Shown: positions 38,817 to 48,850, numbered from the stretch's first letter. The stretch is 64,000 nt of DNA from an uncultured Gammaproteobacteria bacterium (GCA_964537315.1 CAZIAP010000001.1:379926-443925); one strand, 5' to 3'. The notes: generated from the letters alone by a model not told the origin. Made by a program: numbers and translations.

Positions 38817-40126
38817 CTTCCTACACCGATATATGTAAACCCTTGTTCTCTCATTTTTTCAGGATCATATAGATTTCTGCCATCAACTATATTAGGAGTT
38901 CTCATAAGTTTAATAATTTTTCCTGTACTTAACTGTTTAAACTCATTCCATTCTGTAACAAGAATAACTACATCTGCATCAGTAACTGCCTCATATGCAG
39001 ATTGAGAAAATTCCATGTTTGTTAATTCTTTAAAGATCTGTTTAGAGTTATCCATAGCTACAGGATCATATGCTTTAATACGCGCTCCTTTGCTATGCAG
39101 ATAATTAATAATATTAATTGAAGGTGCTTCTCTCATGTCGTCGGTATCTGGTTTAAACGCCAATCCAAGGATCGCAACATTTTTTCCTGACACATCACCT
39201 AGTAATTGTTCAGCTTTATCTGCAATTGATTGTATAGCCTCTTTATTTATCTCTTCTACTTCTTCTAGCAACTCGAAATCATACCCGTTTTGTTTTGAAA
39301 TCTGGATCAATGCTTTCACATCTTTAGGAAAACAGCTTCCACCATATCCTGCTCCTGCATTAAGGAAATACTGACCTATACGCTTATCTAAACCTATTGC
39401 TTCCAACACGTCCGGTCCATTTGCTCCTACTTTCTCAGATAATTGAGCAATAGCATTTGCGAATGAAATTTTTGTAGCTAAAAAGGCATTTGCAGCGTAC
39501 TTAATCATCTCTGCAGTCTCGATATTTGTGAGCACTAGATGTGTGTCACCGTTATTACGAATGATTGGGTCGTGTAGCTCTACTAGTTTATCTTTTGCTT
39601 CTTTAGTTTCTACACCGATTACTATCCTGTCCGGATGTTGAGTATCTGAAATTGCTTGGCCTTCACGCAAAAATTCGGGTACAGAAGCAATATCAACCTC
39701 TGCGTTTTCAGGTTTTAACTTTTTCAAAACTTCCAGTACTCTTCTGTTAGTCCCAACAGGAACAGTACTTTTGACATTTACAACTGTGTGTCCATTTAGA
39801 TAAGGAGCAAGCTTCTCTGCAACATCAAAAACTACAGATAAGTCAGCTGAACCGTCCTCTTTCGGAGGAGTACCTACAGCAATAAACACTATGCTTGATT
39901 TGGTTATCGCAGGATCATAGTCTAGTGTAGGGATAAGCCTACCTGCTTTTACATTCCGACTTACTAACTCTTCTAATCCGGGTTCATAAATTGGAATAAT
40001 ACCTTTCTTAAGGTTTTCAATTTTTTCTTCTGTGTGTCCGATAACATAGACAGTGTTTCCAAGGTCTGCAAATACTGACGCAGTTACCAGTCCAACATAT
40101 CCATGTCCGATAAATGTGATTGTCAT
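38813..40126 (-). CDS. ugd: UDP-glucose 6-dehydrogenase
   Basis: 'GYVGL', 'PEFLREG', 'GYGGSCFPKD', 'FKPDTDD.RE'. Confidence 0.94.
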   Translation of the reverse strand: MTITFIGHGYVGLVTASVFADLGNTVYVIGHTEEKIENLKKGIIPIYEPGLEELVSRNVKAGRLIPTLDYDPAITKSSIVFIAVGTPPKEDGSADLSVVFDVAEKLAPYLNGHTVVNVKSTVPVGTNRRVLEVLKKLKPENAEVDIASVPEFLREGQAISDTQHPDRIVIGVETKEAKDKLVELHDPIIRNNGDTHLVLTNIETAEMIKYAANAFLATKISFANAIAQLSEKVGANGPDVLEAIGLDKRIGQYFLNAGAGYGGSCFPKDVKALIQISKQNGYDFELLEEVEEINKEAIQSIADKAEQLLGDVSGKNVAILGLAFKPDTDDMREAPSINIINYLHSKGARIKAYDPVAMDNSKQIFKELTNMEFSQSAYEAVTDADVVILVTEWNEFKQLSTGKIIKLMRTPNIVDGRNLYDPEKMREQGFTYIGVGR

Positions 40127-40133
40127 ATATTTA

Positions 40134-40168
40134 AATTACTAATATCTAAATACAAATAACTAATTAGA
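40134..40168. repeat. degenerate heptamer tandem repeat x5
   Basis: aattact aatatct aaataca aataact aattaga. Confidence 0.55.
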
Positions 40169-40170
40169 AA

Positions 40171-41052
40171 CTAGGCATTAGAAATTTGTGATTTAACTTC
40201 CTGAAGCCCTTCTTCAAAGGATCTCATTCTTACTCCCAAGGCTTTTATTTTATCATTATTCATCGCTAAATTAAATGGCCGGTCTGCCTTGCCAGAAAAA
40301 TACTCTACTCTGGTAGTGGATGAAACCAAAGATTTGTCTAACTCAAAAGTATCAGCAATTTTTATCGCTGCATCGTAGGGATTGAGCGATTCACTGCCTA
40401 CTACGTGGTAGATTCCTGATACATCTTGTGAAATAACTACATCCAGCGCGTTAACAAAATCATCTATAAATGTAGGGTTGAAAATATGATCAGAAACTGC
40501 CCAAACTTCCTGATTAGACCTAAGTCTGTTACTAATCGCCCTAACAAAATCATTCTTTTTATCAAATTTTGCTCTATATGGATAGGCGATTCTTATTATC
40601 ACAGATGACGCACCGCTTTCAGTTACTGCTTGTTCACCTTTCCACTTTGTATATCCATACCAATTGATAGGGTTTGGAGTATCATTCTCGTCATAAAATT
40701 CACCGTCCGGTTTTGTTCCATCAAAAACAAAGTCTGTGGAGATATAAATGATTTTTTTATGGGTGTCTTTACAAAGCTTTGCAACATTTGCTGCGCCTTC
40801 TACATTTATTTTCCAGGCCTCTCCATTTTCATTCTCTTCACGATCTAACTCACATCCATCAACATCAGCTTTAGCTGCAAGTAAAATAACGTGGGAGATT
40901 TCTTCATCACTGGCAAGTAACTCAAGCGACTGGGGATTTGTTATATCGGTTCCTGATGAAGAATTAAATTCTACCAAGGAGTATGAGTTGGAAAGTAGCT
41001 CAAGGATTCTGGATCCGACAAGTCCTGTTGATCCAATAATTGCGAGTTTCAT
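40171..41052 (-). CDS. rfbD: dTDP-4-dehydrorhamnose reductase
   Basis: 'ISTDFVFDG', 'P.NWYG.TK..GE'. Confidence 0.9.
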   Translation of the reverse strand: MKLAIIGSTGLVGSRILELLSNSYSLVEFNSSSGTDITNPQSLELLASDEEISHVILLAAKADVDGCELDREENENGEAWKINVEGAANVAKLCKDTHKKIIYISTDFVFDGTKPDGEFYDENDTPNPINWYGYTKWKGEQAVTESGASSVIIRIAYPYRAKFDKKNDFVRAISNRLRSNQEVWAVSDHIFNPTFIDDFVNALDVVISQDVSGIYHVVGSESLNPYDAAIKIADTFELDKSLVSSTTRVEYFSGKADRPFNLAMNNDKIKALGVRMRSFEEGLQEVKSQISNA

Positions 41053-41068
41053 ATTAATATTGTATTAC

Positions 41069-42079
41069 CTATTTCCCGTACTGTTTTTGATAATATTCCT
41101 GATATTCTCCTGTTTTTACTTTTTTCCACCATTCTTCATTATCTTTATACCACTGAACTGTTTTTTCTAGCCACACCTCAAAAGTATGCTGAGGTTCCCA
41201 ACCCAACTCATTTTTTATTTTTGTCCAATCCACATCATATTTTCTGTCATGTCCTGGTCTATCTTTGACGAACTCGATATAACTCTCATCTTTACCCAAA
41301 ATTTTAAGGATTCTCTTTGCAACTTCAACATTTGGTAATAAATCCATCATTCCACCTACTAAATATGTATCTCCGATTTTTCCCTTCTGCAAAACTAAAT
41401 CAATTGCACGGCAATGATCTTCTACATATAACCAGTCTCTAATCTGCTGTCCGTCTCCGTAAATTGGTATTTTTTTATCCTCAAGCACATTGGTAATTGC
41501 TAAGGGAATTAGTTTTTCCGGAAAATGGTATGGTCCAAAATTATTTGAACAGTTGGTAATTGTGATGGGTAATCCGTAAGTTGTAAAATATGCCCTTACT
41601 AAATGATCTGATCCTGCTTTGCTGGCGGCATAAGGGCTACGGGGTGCATATGATGTAGATTCACTAAATTTTTCATGAGACTCTACTTCTAGAGCACCGA
41701 ACACTTCATCAGTAGATATATGATGAAAGTGTTTGACATTGTTCTTGAGTGATGCGTCAAGCAATACCTGAGTACCTAAAACATTTGTTTTTACGAACTC
41801 CGCCGGTTCAAGGATTGAACGGTCTACATGGCTTTCTGCCGCAAAATGTACAACCGTATCAACACCCGCTATCGCAGCAGATACCTCAGAAGGATTACAT
41901 ATATCTCCTTGTACGAAAGAATAATTAGGATTGTTTTCTACTTCTTTTAGATTTTCAAGATTACCGGCGTAAGTTAGTTTGTCAAAATTTACAATTGTAT
42001 CTTCAGGATGATTTTTCATCCAATAAAGAATAAAATTTGATCCAATAAACCCGGCTCCGCCGGTTACTAATAATTTCAT
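41069..42079 (-). CDS. rfbB: dTDP-glucose 4,6-dehydratase
   Basis: '[10 protein letters not shown]', 'DKLTYAGN', 'AAESHVDRSI', 'DRPGHD'. Confidence 0.96.
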   Translation of the reverse strand: MKLLVTGGAGFIGSNFILYWMKNHPEDTIVNFDKLTYAGNLENLKEVENNPNYSFVQGDICNPSEVSAAIAGVDTVVHFAAESHVDRSILEPAEFVKTNVLGTQVLLDASLKNNVKHFHHISTDEVFGALEVESHEKFSESTSYAPRSPYAASKAGSDHLVRAYFTTYGLPITITNCSNNFGPYHFPEKLIPLAITNVLEDKKIPIYGDGQQIRDWLYVEDHCRAIDLVLQKGKIGDTYLVGGMMDLLPNVEVAKRILKILGKDESYIEFVKDRPGHDRKYDVDWTKIKNELGWEPQHTFEVWLEKTVQWYKDNEEWWKKVKTGEYQEYYQKQYGK

Positions 42080-42612
42080 AATTTTCCCTTCTCTAACCAT
42101 TTATCAAGCAAGAGAATCCCTGCTATACTTGCTCCTGTATTAACTTCTCCACTCATCACTAGCTCGACAGCCTCAGTAACTGGAATTTTAATTAAAGATA
42201 TATCTTCTGATTCCTCCATTTGTGCATCCCCCAAAGTTAATCCTTGAGCCACATATATTGGCTGCTCCCATGTAACAATGCTACCAGCTGCATGCACTGT
42301 AGCTATTTGTATAAACTTTTCGGCTGTGATTCCTGTTTCCTCTTTTAACTCTCTTTTTGCAGCATCTAAAGCGCTTTCACCCTCATCTATTATACCTGCA
42401 ACACCTTCAATTAAATATTTCTCATGCAAATATCTATATTGTCTTACTAAATATACTTCGTTTTCGTCTGTAATAGGAAAAATGGAAACTGCAGGAGCCC
42501 TTTGAACGTTATGATATATCCTCTTACTTCCTGTAGGCAACTCTATATGATCTTCATAGACTGTAAAGAGATCTTTTTTAAGTATTGTATTGCGGGATAA
42601 CAATTTTGTCAT
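42076..42612 (-). CDS. NUDIX hydrolase (ADP-ribose/NDP-sugar pyrophosphatase-like)
   Basis: Nudix box 'GIIDEGESALDAAKRELKEETG'. Confidence 0.92.
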   Translation of the reverse strand: MTKLLSRNTILKKDLFTVYEDHIELPTGSKRIYHNVQRAPAVSIFPITDENEVYLVRQYRYLHEKYLIEGVAGIIDEGESALDAAKRELKEETGITAEKFIQIATVHAAGSIVTWEQPIYVAQGLTLGDAQMEESEDISLIKIPVTEAVELVMSGEVNTGASIAGILLLDKWLEKGKL

Positions 42613-42624
42613 TGGAAAGCTGCA

Positions 42625-43098
42625 TTATTTAATTGGAGGTCGTTGCAACCAATCATAACCAATTTCTGGATCATCGTGCTCAATTCTTCCTTCTTCCTCT
42701 GGATCATATACCTTTGAAGTTACATAATAAAGCTCTGCAGTATCCCCCATAACTTTACAACCATGCGCGACACCAGGTGGGATTTTGACAATTACGTCCT
42801 CTCCGTTTTCACCAATTGTGAATTCGTTTAACTGCTTGAATGTCGGAGAATCCTCGCGTTTATCGTAAAGCACAGCTTTGAGTGTGCCTTTCCCACAGTA
42901 CCACCAATCAACTTGTGTCTTGTGTATATGCCAAGCTTTTATCACACCGGGAAACATCATAGATCTAGATAGTTGTCCAAATCCTTCAGCAAAAAATGGA
43001 TCAGTCACCCGAATTAACTCTTCAAAAAACCCTCTATCATCACGGTGACGAACTAATTTTTTTACTTCCACTCCTTGTATTAGATTTTGATTTTCCAT
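42625..43098 (-). CDS. rfbC: dTDP-4-dehydrorhamnose 3,5-epimerase family
   Basis: 'DDRGFFEE', 'KAWHIH..Q', 'IPPGVAHG'. Confidence 0.88.
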   Translation of the reverse strand: MENQNLIQGVEVKKLVRHRDDRGFFEELIRVTDPFFAEGFGQLSRSMMFPGVIKAWHIHKTQVDWWYCGKGTLKAVLYDKREDSPTFKQLNEFTIGENGEDVIVKIPPGVAHGCKVMGDTAELYYVTSKVYDPEEEGRIEHDDPEIGYDWLQRPPIK

Positions 43099-43099
43099 A

Positions 43100-43870
43100 T
43101 TATTCTCTTTGTAGATAAGCTGAGACATCTCCATCAAGCTCTCCGCTTTTTATTTTTTCTGCAACCAGGTTGTTTGCACGCAGCAACTCATCATGAGATG
43201 AACCTGCATCTATCCACCAGTCAATCAGTTCACAATCCAGTGTACCGTCTTTGACATAAAAATTGTTAAGATCTGTGACTTCCAGTTCTCCCCGAGCTGA
43301 AGGCGACAGTCCTTTAATCCGATCAAAGACTTGTTCATCATACATGTAAATACCTGTCTGAGCAATATTAGATTTTGGATTTTCAGGTTTCTCCTCGATT
43401 GATATAACTTTTCCATTTTCATCCATCTCAATTACTCCGTACTGTTTTGACTCAGTCGGCATCTCAACTCCAAAAACTTTTGCGCCTTTTTCCTGCTGAT
43501 TAAATGACTGGACTGAAGGCGAGAGATCGTGTCCGAAGATATTATCTCCAAGTATTACAAGTAATTTTTCGTTGTTCACAAACTCTTCGGCCAGTAAAAT
43601 AGCGTCTGCGATACCACCTTTCGGATTTTTTTGCACAGCAAAGTATAGCTTCATATCAAACATCTCACCCGCATGTAAAAGATCGGTAAACATTCCCGCG
43701 TGATGAGGAGAACTGGAAATAAGTACTTCTTTGATTCCCGCTTTTCTCATTGACTCGAGCGGATAAAAAACCATAGGTTTGTTATAAACAGGGAGTAAAT
43801 GTTTATTAGTAACCCACGTTAACGGGCGAAGACGTGTAGCAAGACCTCCTGCAAGTATAAATCCTTTCAT
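43100..43870 (-). CDS. rfbA: glucose-1-phosphate thymidylyltransferase (RmlA/SpsI-like)
   Basis: 'LAGGLATRLRPLT...NKHLLPVY', 'EEKP', 'RGELEVTD'. Confidence 0.9.
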   Translation of the reverse strand: MKGFILAGGLATRLRPLTWVTNKHLLPVYNKPMVFYPLESMRKAGIKEVLISSSPHHAGMFTDLLHAGEMFDMKLYFAVQKNPKGGIADAILLAEEFVNNEKLLVILGDNIFGHDLSPSVQSFNQQEKGAKVFGVEMPTESKQYGVIEMDENGKVISIEEKPENPKSNIAQTGIYMYDEQVFDRIKGLSPSARGELEVTDLNNFYVKDGTLDCELIDWWIDAGSSHDELLRANNLVAEKIKSGELDGDVSAYLQRE

Positions 43871-43892
43871 AATTCAAATATTTCTCTCTCTA

Positions 43893-44159
43893 TTATAGCC
43901 TTCCTATATTAAAGAATAAGAATGCAACCAAGATTATCGAACTAATCAAAATATATTCTATCACAATTTTTCCTTTTAAATCATGATTTAGTTGATGATG
44001 AATAAAGCCAAGAACAATATAAGACATCAATACGAATATTAACATCATAAACTGCAGCGCTACATCTCCACTAAAAATATACATGAAAAAGAATCCTAAC
44101 AAAAATACTAGTCCTTGATAGAGATAGTATGCGTTATGATGAAATGTTGGTTTTTTCAT
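43893..44159 (-). CDS. small 3-TM membrane protein
   Basis: 88 aa, 'GFIHH', 'IVIEY'. Confidence 0.65.
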   Translation of the reverse strand: MKKPTFHHNAYYLYQGLVFLLGFFFMYIFSGDVALQFMMLIFVLMSYIVLGFIHHQLNHDLKGKIVIEYILISSIILVAFLFFNIGRL

Positions 44160-44160
44160 A

Positions 44161-45144
44161 TTATAAAATCGACCCGAATCTCTGTAATAATAACAGTAAC
44201 AAAAACATTCCCAAAATCATAATATGATCTATGTTATGACCGACAATCCGAGGAATATTTTTCCTGCGAATTATTACAAAATCCAGAATTAGCGCAAGAA
44301 ATAGAGTACCTACAACAATCGCTGGAATTACCCGTGTGGCTGAACTAAGGTTAATTTTAGGAAAGTTTTCTGCGCTAAGATTTAAAAACGAAGGAGTAAT
44401 AAATATTGTAGGTTTAGGAACAGTCGCAAGTTCCTGAGTCTCTACCTCCACGTCAGTTACAATCGCAGGACTTGTTGCTACCACCGTTGGCGCAGCTGTG
44501 GGTAATATTGTTTCTGCCTTTTCCGGTGTGGGTGCTAAACTATCACTTGATACAGCAACTACGGGTTCATTCTGAACTGGAACATCCAATGCTCCAAACA
44601 TCTGTACAACAAGCACCGTTTCAGTACCTTCTAATGTTCCTTCGACTACCGCAAACCCTATATCTCTATATTTATCAGAAAGCATATTATCGCGATGAGA
44701 CGGGGAATTCATCCAGGCATCTACAACCGATTTAGGGTCAGTAAATCCTTTTGCTAAGTTCTCTCCAGCGAAAATATACCCATAACCTGAGTCTCTTATA
44801 AATTTCCAAGGAGATGTTCCGTCTGGGGCGAAGTGCGCCCAGTAGTTGTTAGCCATCATGTGATGAGCCTTACCATTTGCTGCGTTAACAAGTGAATCAT
44901 TTAACTGTAAAGGAGCCAAACCATGCTCTTGTCGTACACGATTGGTATGATCAAGCAGTTCTTGCTGAGAGATTGAGTAAGATATACCGAGTACATCCGG
45001 ACGAACAACCTGTAAATAATTGAGTGAGACACTGGAAATAAATAAGATTAAAACTAATAGAATAAGGCTTGAATGGTGCAATAGCTTACATCTGAAATTA
45101 TTGTGCTCGTGGGGGATTAAGTAGTGCTTTGTAATTTGTCTCAT
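44161..45144 (-). CDS. CAP (SCP/PR-1) domain membrane protein
   Basis: 'TN..R...GL.PL', 'YWAH', 'AGENLA', 'WMNSPSHRDN'; P/T-rich linker. Confidence 0.9.
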   Translation of the reverse strand: MRQITKHYLIPHEHNNFRCKLLHHSSLILLVLILFISSVSLNYLQVVRPDVLGISYSISQQELLDHTNRVRQEHGLAPLQLNDSLVNAANGKAHHMMANNYWAHFAPDGTSPWKFIRDSGYGYIFAGENLAKGFTDPKSVVDAWMNSPSHRDNMLSDKYRDIGFAVVEGTLEGTETVLVVQMFGALDVPVQNEPVVAVSSDSLAPTPEKAETILPTAAPTVVATSPAIVTDVEVETQELATVPKPTIFITPSFLNLSAENFPKINLSSATRVIPAIVVGTLFLALILDFVIIRRKNIPRIVGHNIDHIMILGMFLLLLLLQRFGSIL

Positions 45145-45221
45145 TATTTGATCATCAAAGGCCAGTAGTATCGAAGTTATGACTGTAAGGGTAAAGTTTA
45201 GTCATACTACTTCATAAATGA

Positions 45222-45536
45222 TTAACCATATATTGGATAATCAATCGTACCTATTTTATTATTATTGAGTGGAATAGAAAGTGCAAGTGATAACGTATTT
45301 GCAATAGCAAATCCAACACGTAGTCCGGTATACGATCCGGGACCTTTTTCACAATAGATGCGTTCAATCTTTTGCACAGTAATTCCTGCCTGGTCACATA
45401 CATTTGCAATTAATCTTAAAACCACATCTGCTCTGGAATCATCTGGAACTGACTCAGCTTTATATTCCTGACCATCAACTGAAACCCATACAATGCTTTT
45501 CTTATTATCACGAGTATCTATATGTAATGTGTTCAT
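45222..45536 (-). CDS. tsaB: TsaB (YeaZ)-like protein, short single-domain form
   Basis: 'LHIDT', 'GPGSYTGLRVG...ANTL'. Confidence 0.85.
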   Translation of the reverse strand: MNTLHIDTRDNKKSIVWVSVDGQEYKAESVPDDSRADVVLRLIANVCDQAGITVQKIERIYCEKGPGSYTGLRVGFAIANTLSLALSIPLNNNKIGTIDYPIYG

Positions 45537-45591
45537 GATTAATGGGTAATAGTTAATAGTTCTTAGATTAGAGTTATTTCTACAAGCTATT

Positions 45592-46164
45592 TTAAAGTTT
45601 CACTGCTCCTTCTCTTAAAACTTTATATGGAGTTACAGTACTATCAACTACTGTTGAGGGTTCTTTTACTTTACATTCACCAGGTAATACGAAATCTGCG
45701 AGACGAACTAGCTTTGGGTTAAGCTCATCAATAGTAAAAGGTGTCTGCTCACCAGAGAAGTTTGCAGAAGGGGCAAGTATTGGAACACCTACTCCTTGTA
45801 TAATACGCAAAATATCTTCGTGGTCAGGCATACGTACTCCTAATGTGTCACTTCCTCCTTTTACCAAAGATGGGACTCTTGCATCATGACTGGGTAAAAT
45901 AATTGTTAATCCACCCGGCCAGTGTTTTTTTATAAGTTTGTTTGCTGAGGGGCTAATTTCATCAACCCATTTACTCGCCATTTCTTTATCCGAGACTAAT
46001 ACTGGCGTTGCTTTATTTTCAGGACGTTTACGAATATTAAATAGTCTAGTAACAGCTGACTCATTGTCAATTCTACAGCCAATTCCAAATGCAGTATCAG
46101 TGGGGAAAATAACAACTCCTCCGCTTTTTATTACGGTTGTTGCTTTATCTATCGGATCGATCAT
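45592..46164 (-). CDS. tsaC: threonylcarbamoyl-AMP synthase
   Basis: 'PTDT..GIGC', 'K.RP..K', 'WPG.LT', 'SAN.SG'. Confidence 0.93.
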   Translation of the reverse strand: MIDPIDKATTVIKSGGVVIFPTDTAFGIGCRIDNESAVTRLFNIRKRPENKATPVLVSDKEMASKWVDEISPSANKLIKKHWPGGLTIILPSHDARVPSLVKGGSDTLGVRMPDHEDILRIIQGVGVPILAPSANFSGEQTPFTIDELNPKLVRLADFVLPGECKVKEPSTVVDSTVTPYKVLREGAVKL

Positions 46165-46255
46165 TAATCAATTATATCAGAATAGAGCAGCTAACGAGAA
46201 TCTTGGCTAATTTTCAAAAGTTATAATGCTATGTTCAATAATGTATAATCAACAT

Positions 46256-47287
46256 ATGATACGGTTAGTTCAGTACTTTCTACTTATCGTACCTGCCATC
46301 ACAATATTGATTGACTCTACTGGTAATACATCTCTCGTGAAAGATACTATCGGCATTTCCTCTGGCAACATACTGCTCATTTCACTTCTCATTCTTTCAT
46401 ATTTGAGAATTACTAAGTCGAATAAATTATTTGATATCACGAAATATCGCACAATTATTTTATTTCTTTTCCTGCCTTTACTGCTTATCACACTCACACT
46501 TAGCATTATTGATGCAATCACTCCTGAAAACTATATATACTCGATTACTCGTATTCATCAACAAGGGCTGGGATTACTTACCTTATTTCTAGGTAGCGTA
46601 CTCTTGCTTGCGAAATCTAATAAGTGGTGGAAAAAATATTATAAAATTGTAGTGCTTCTTTCACCTTTAGCAATTATCCTTACTCTGTCTATTACTAAAC
46701 TGTGGCCATACAATTACTATTACGGATTAGTAAAAGAAGATGGCTTAATAGAATATCTTCAAGTTTTAGCATTGGTACTAGCAGTAGTTATCATGCTCAA
46801 AAACTTATTTAAATTTAAATCACAAATGAAGCTGTATGAAATATTATTTTTCTCGGTAGCTGTATTGTCGCTGTTTTTTGTTGCGGGTGATGAAATAGCC
46901 TGGGGACAGAGAATACTTGGAATTGAGACACCGGAGTCACTGGCAGAGATTAACAGACAGGAAGAAATAACCGTACACAACATAAGAGGAATAGAGTGGA
47001 TGGTTGAGATCGCTTACGTAGTTATTGGTCTTACAGGCGGCTTATTATGGATAATTAAAAAGTACCTAACTAAACTTCATACCGGACTTAAATTGTTGGT
47101 TCCTTCATATTATTTTTCACTCCTTTTTCTAATTCCAGCAATCTACTATCTCTACCCTATTTACTCAACTGTAAACTTAATATCAGAATGGTCAGAAGTA
47201 ATGGAACTACTACTATATATGGGAATTTCGGGTCATCTCATTGAACAAATCTATAACACAGTCAGCTCTAAATCATTAAGCAAATAG
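46256..47287 (+). CDS. polytopic membrane protein with EDG..E / EIAWGQR / Q.E..HN motifs
   Basis: About 10 TM segments; TATAAT 6 nt before ATG 46256. Confidence 0.75.
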   Translation: MIRLVQYFLLIVPAITILIDSTGNTSLVKDTIGISSGNILLISLLILSYLRITKSNKLFDITKYRTIILFLFLPLLLITLTLSIIDAITPENYIYSITRIHQQGLGLLTLFLGSVLLLAKSNKWWKKYYKIVVLLSPLAIILTLSITKLWPYNYYYGLVKEDGLIEYLQVLALVLAVVIMLKNLFKFKSQMKLYEILFFSVAVLSLFFVAGDEIAWGQRILGIETPESLAEINRQEEITVHNIRGIEWMVEIAYVVIGLTGGLLWIIKKYLTKLHTGLKLLVPSYYFSLLFLIPAIYYLYPIYSTVNLISEWSEVMELLLYMGISGHLIEQIYNTVSSKSLSK

Positions 47288-47293
47288 CTTAAG

Positions 47294-48313
47294 TTACTGA
47301 TTTATTCCTGAGATTGAAAACAGTTCTTGATTAGTAAATAATTCAATATCATTGCTAACTTGAGCATTCAAATGTGAGATTATATAGTTGGCAAACAATC
47401 CGTTCATCACAGTTCCAAGATGTATATCGTCACTTAAAAACACACTTGTCGGATTATTGCTTGGAGTTGTAAGATCAAACATTACTTCGTCTATTGATAT
47501 TAAGCTATCTGATGTTTCCTCTATTAAATCTGTAAAGAATTCGTTAGGATCGGCAATGAAAACGTTTCTACCTCGAGCAACTACTTCCAACTTGTCATTA
47601 ACAATCATTATGGCGTTTGAGACTCGTTCACGCTTAGATCTATCTGGATAAGATTGTTGAACAGAGTACTTATTTCCCCAATCTGGTATTTTAAGCAGTA
47701 ATATTGATACTTCTCCAGAATTTTGTAGAGTATCAACTGCCTGCGTAATATTTCCTACAATTGAGTTCGCTTTTTCCTCTAGCTGTTCATCAGTTAAAGA
47801 ACCGTTATAAATCGCAGGATATCCATCTGCTGTATACGGAGCATAGTCATTAGCTCCTACATAAATTATTGCAACATTTACTCTATTTTCTCTCACTTGC
47901 TGTGCAAGTCCAGTGTGCTGACCTGAGTCGATCATGGTTTGTGCAGTTGCACCAGAACGTGACCAATTATATTCATATCCATCTCTACGTGGCTCAGGCC
48001 GATTATCTTTCCATTCACCAAAATTTACCTCTTTATATCTGGAAAGCAACTCTACCCAATTATAAACAGGAAATGATAAGTATGAACCTCGGATATCATC
48101 AGCCTGGTACTCATCTGATAAACTATCTCCTAATACACCTACTCCCTTTAGATTTACTTCAGACCCTAAATGAGAATTTTCTTTCTCACTGATAGGAATA
48201 TTTATCCTTGCGTCCTGATGATTTACCTTTATCAAGGTAATAATAGATACAGCCAAAACAGAAAATATAAAAAAGTATCCTATGTGTGAAAGATTTTTAA
48301 AATAAGAAATCAT
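47294..48313 (-). CDS. SGNH/GDSL hydrolase, membrane anchored
   Basis: 'GDSL', 'GAND', 'DDIH'. Confidence 0.88.
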   Translation of the reverse strand: MISYFKNLSHIGYFFIFSVLAVSIITLIKVNHQDARINIPISEKENSHLGSEVNLKGVGVLGDSLSDEYQADDIRGSYLSFPVYNWVELLSRYKEVNFGEWKDNRPEPRRDGYEYNWSRSGATAQTMIDSGQHTGLAQQVRENRVNVAIIYVGANDYAPYTADGYPAIYNGSLTDEQLEEKANSIVGNITQAVDTLQNSGEVSILLLKIPDWGNKYSVQQSYPDRSKRERVSNAIMIVNDKLEVVARGRNVFIADPNEFFTDLIEETSDSLISIDEVMFDLTTPSNNPTSVFLSDDIHLGTVMNGLFANYIISHLNAQVSNDIELFTNQELFSISGINQ

Positions 48314-48398
48314 GTACTCTTAAATCAAGAGCAATCATTATCCTAAAACAGAATGATAAGTTTTACAAAGATACGTAAGCTTTTAAAAAGAAAAAACC

Positions 48399-48839
48399 TT
48401 AATCACTCACAATTATTTTTCTACTATCATCTGGCAGAAGTTCCAATCTGATATCTTTTCTTTTAGCAGGCATATACTTACCAAGTTTTTCTGGCCACTC
48501 AATTAACACAATACCTTTCGAATCAGAAAATATATCAATTAAGCCTAGATTCAATAAATCTTCCTCCTGCTCTAACCTGTATAAATCTATATGATAAAGC
48601 TGCGTTGCGCTCCCATTGCCGACTTGATGAGTTCTAATCAGACTAAAAGTAGGAGAAATAATTCTATCCTTAATACCTAATCCGCGTGCGACGCCTTTTG
48701 AAAATGTTGTTTTTCCCAAACCTAAATCACCATATAGAAAGACTATGTCACCTGCGTTTAAGGTTTTTCCAAATTCCTCACCAATTTTTTCAGTTTCTTG
48801 CGCATTTTTTGTAATAATAATTTTTTTTCTCATACTCAA
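48399..48839 (-). CDS. tsaE: t6A biosynthesis ATPase TsaE
   Basis: 'GDLGLGKTTF', 'SPTF', 'HIDLYRL', 'IEWPE'. Confidence 0.95.
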   Translation of the reverse strand: MSMRKKIIITKNAQETEKIGEEFGKTLNAGDIVFLYGDLGLGKTTFSKGVARGLGIKDRIISPTFSLIRTHQVGNGSATQLYHIDLYRLEQEEDLLNLGLIDIFSDSKGIVLIEWPEKLGKYMPAKRKDIRLELLPDDSRKIIVSD

Positions 48840-48850
48840 CTCCCAACTCC

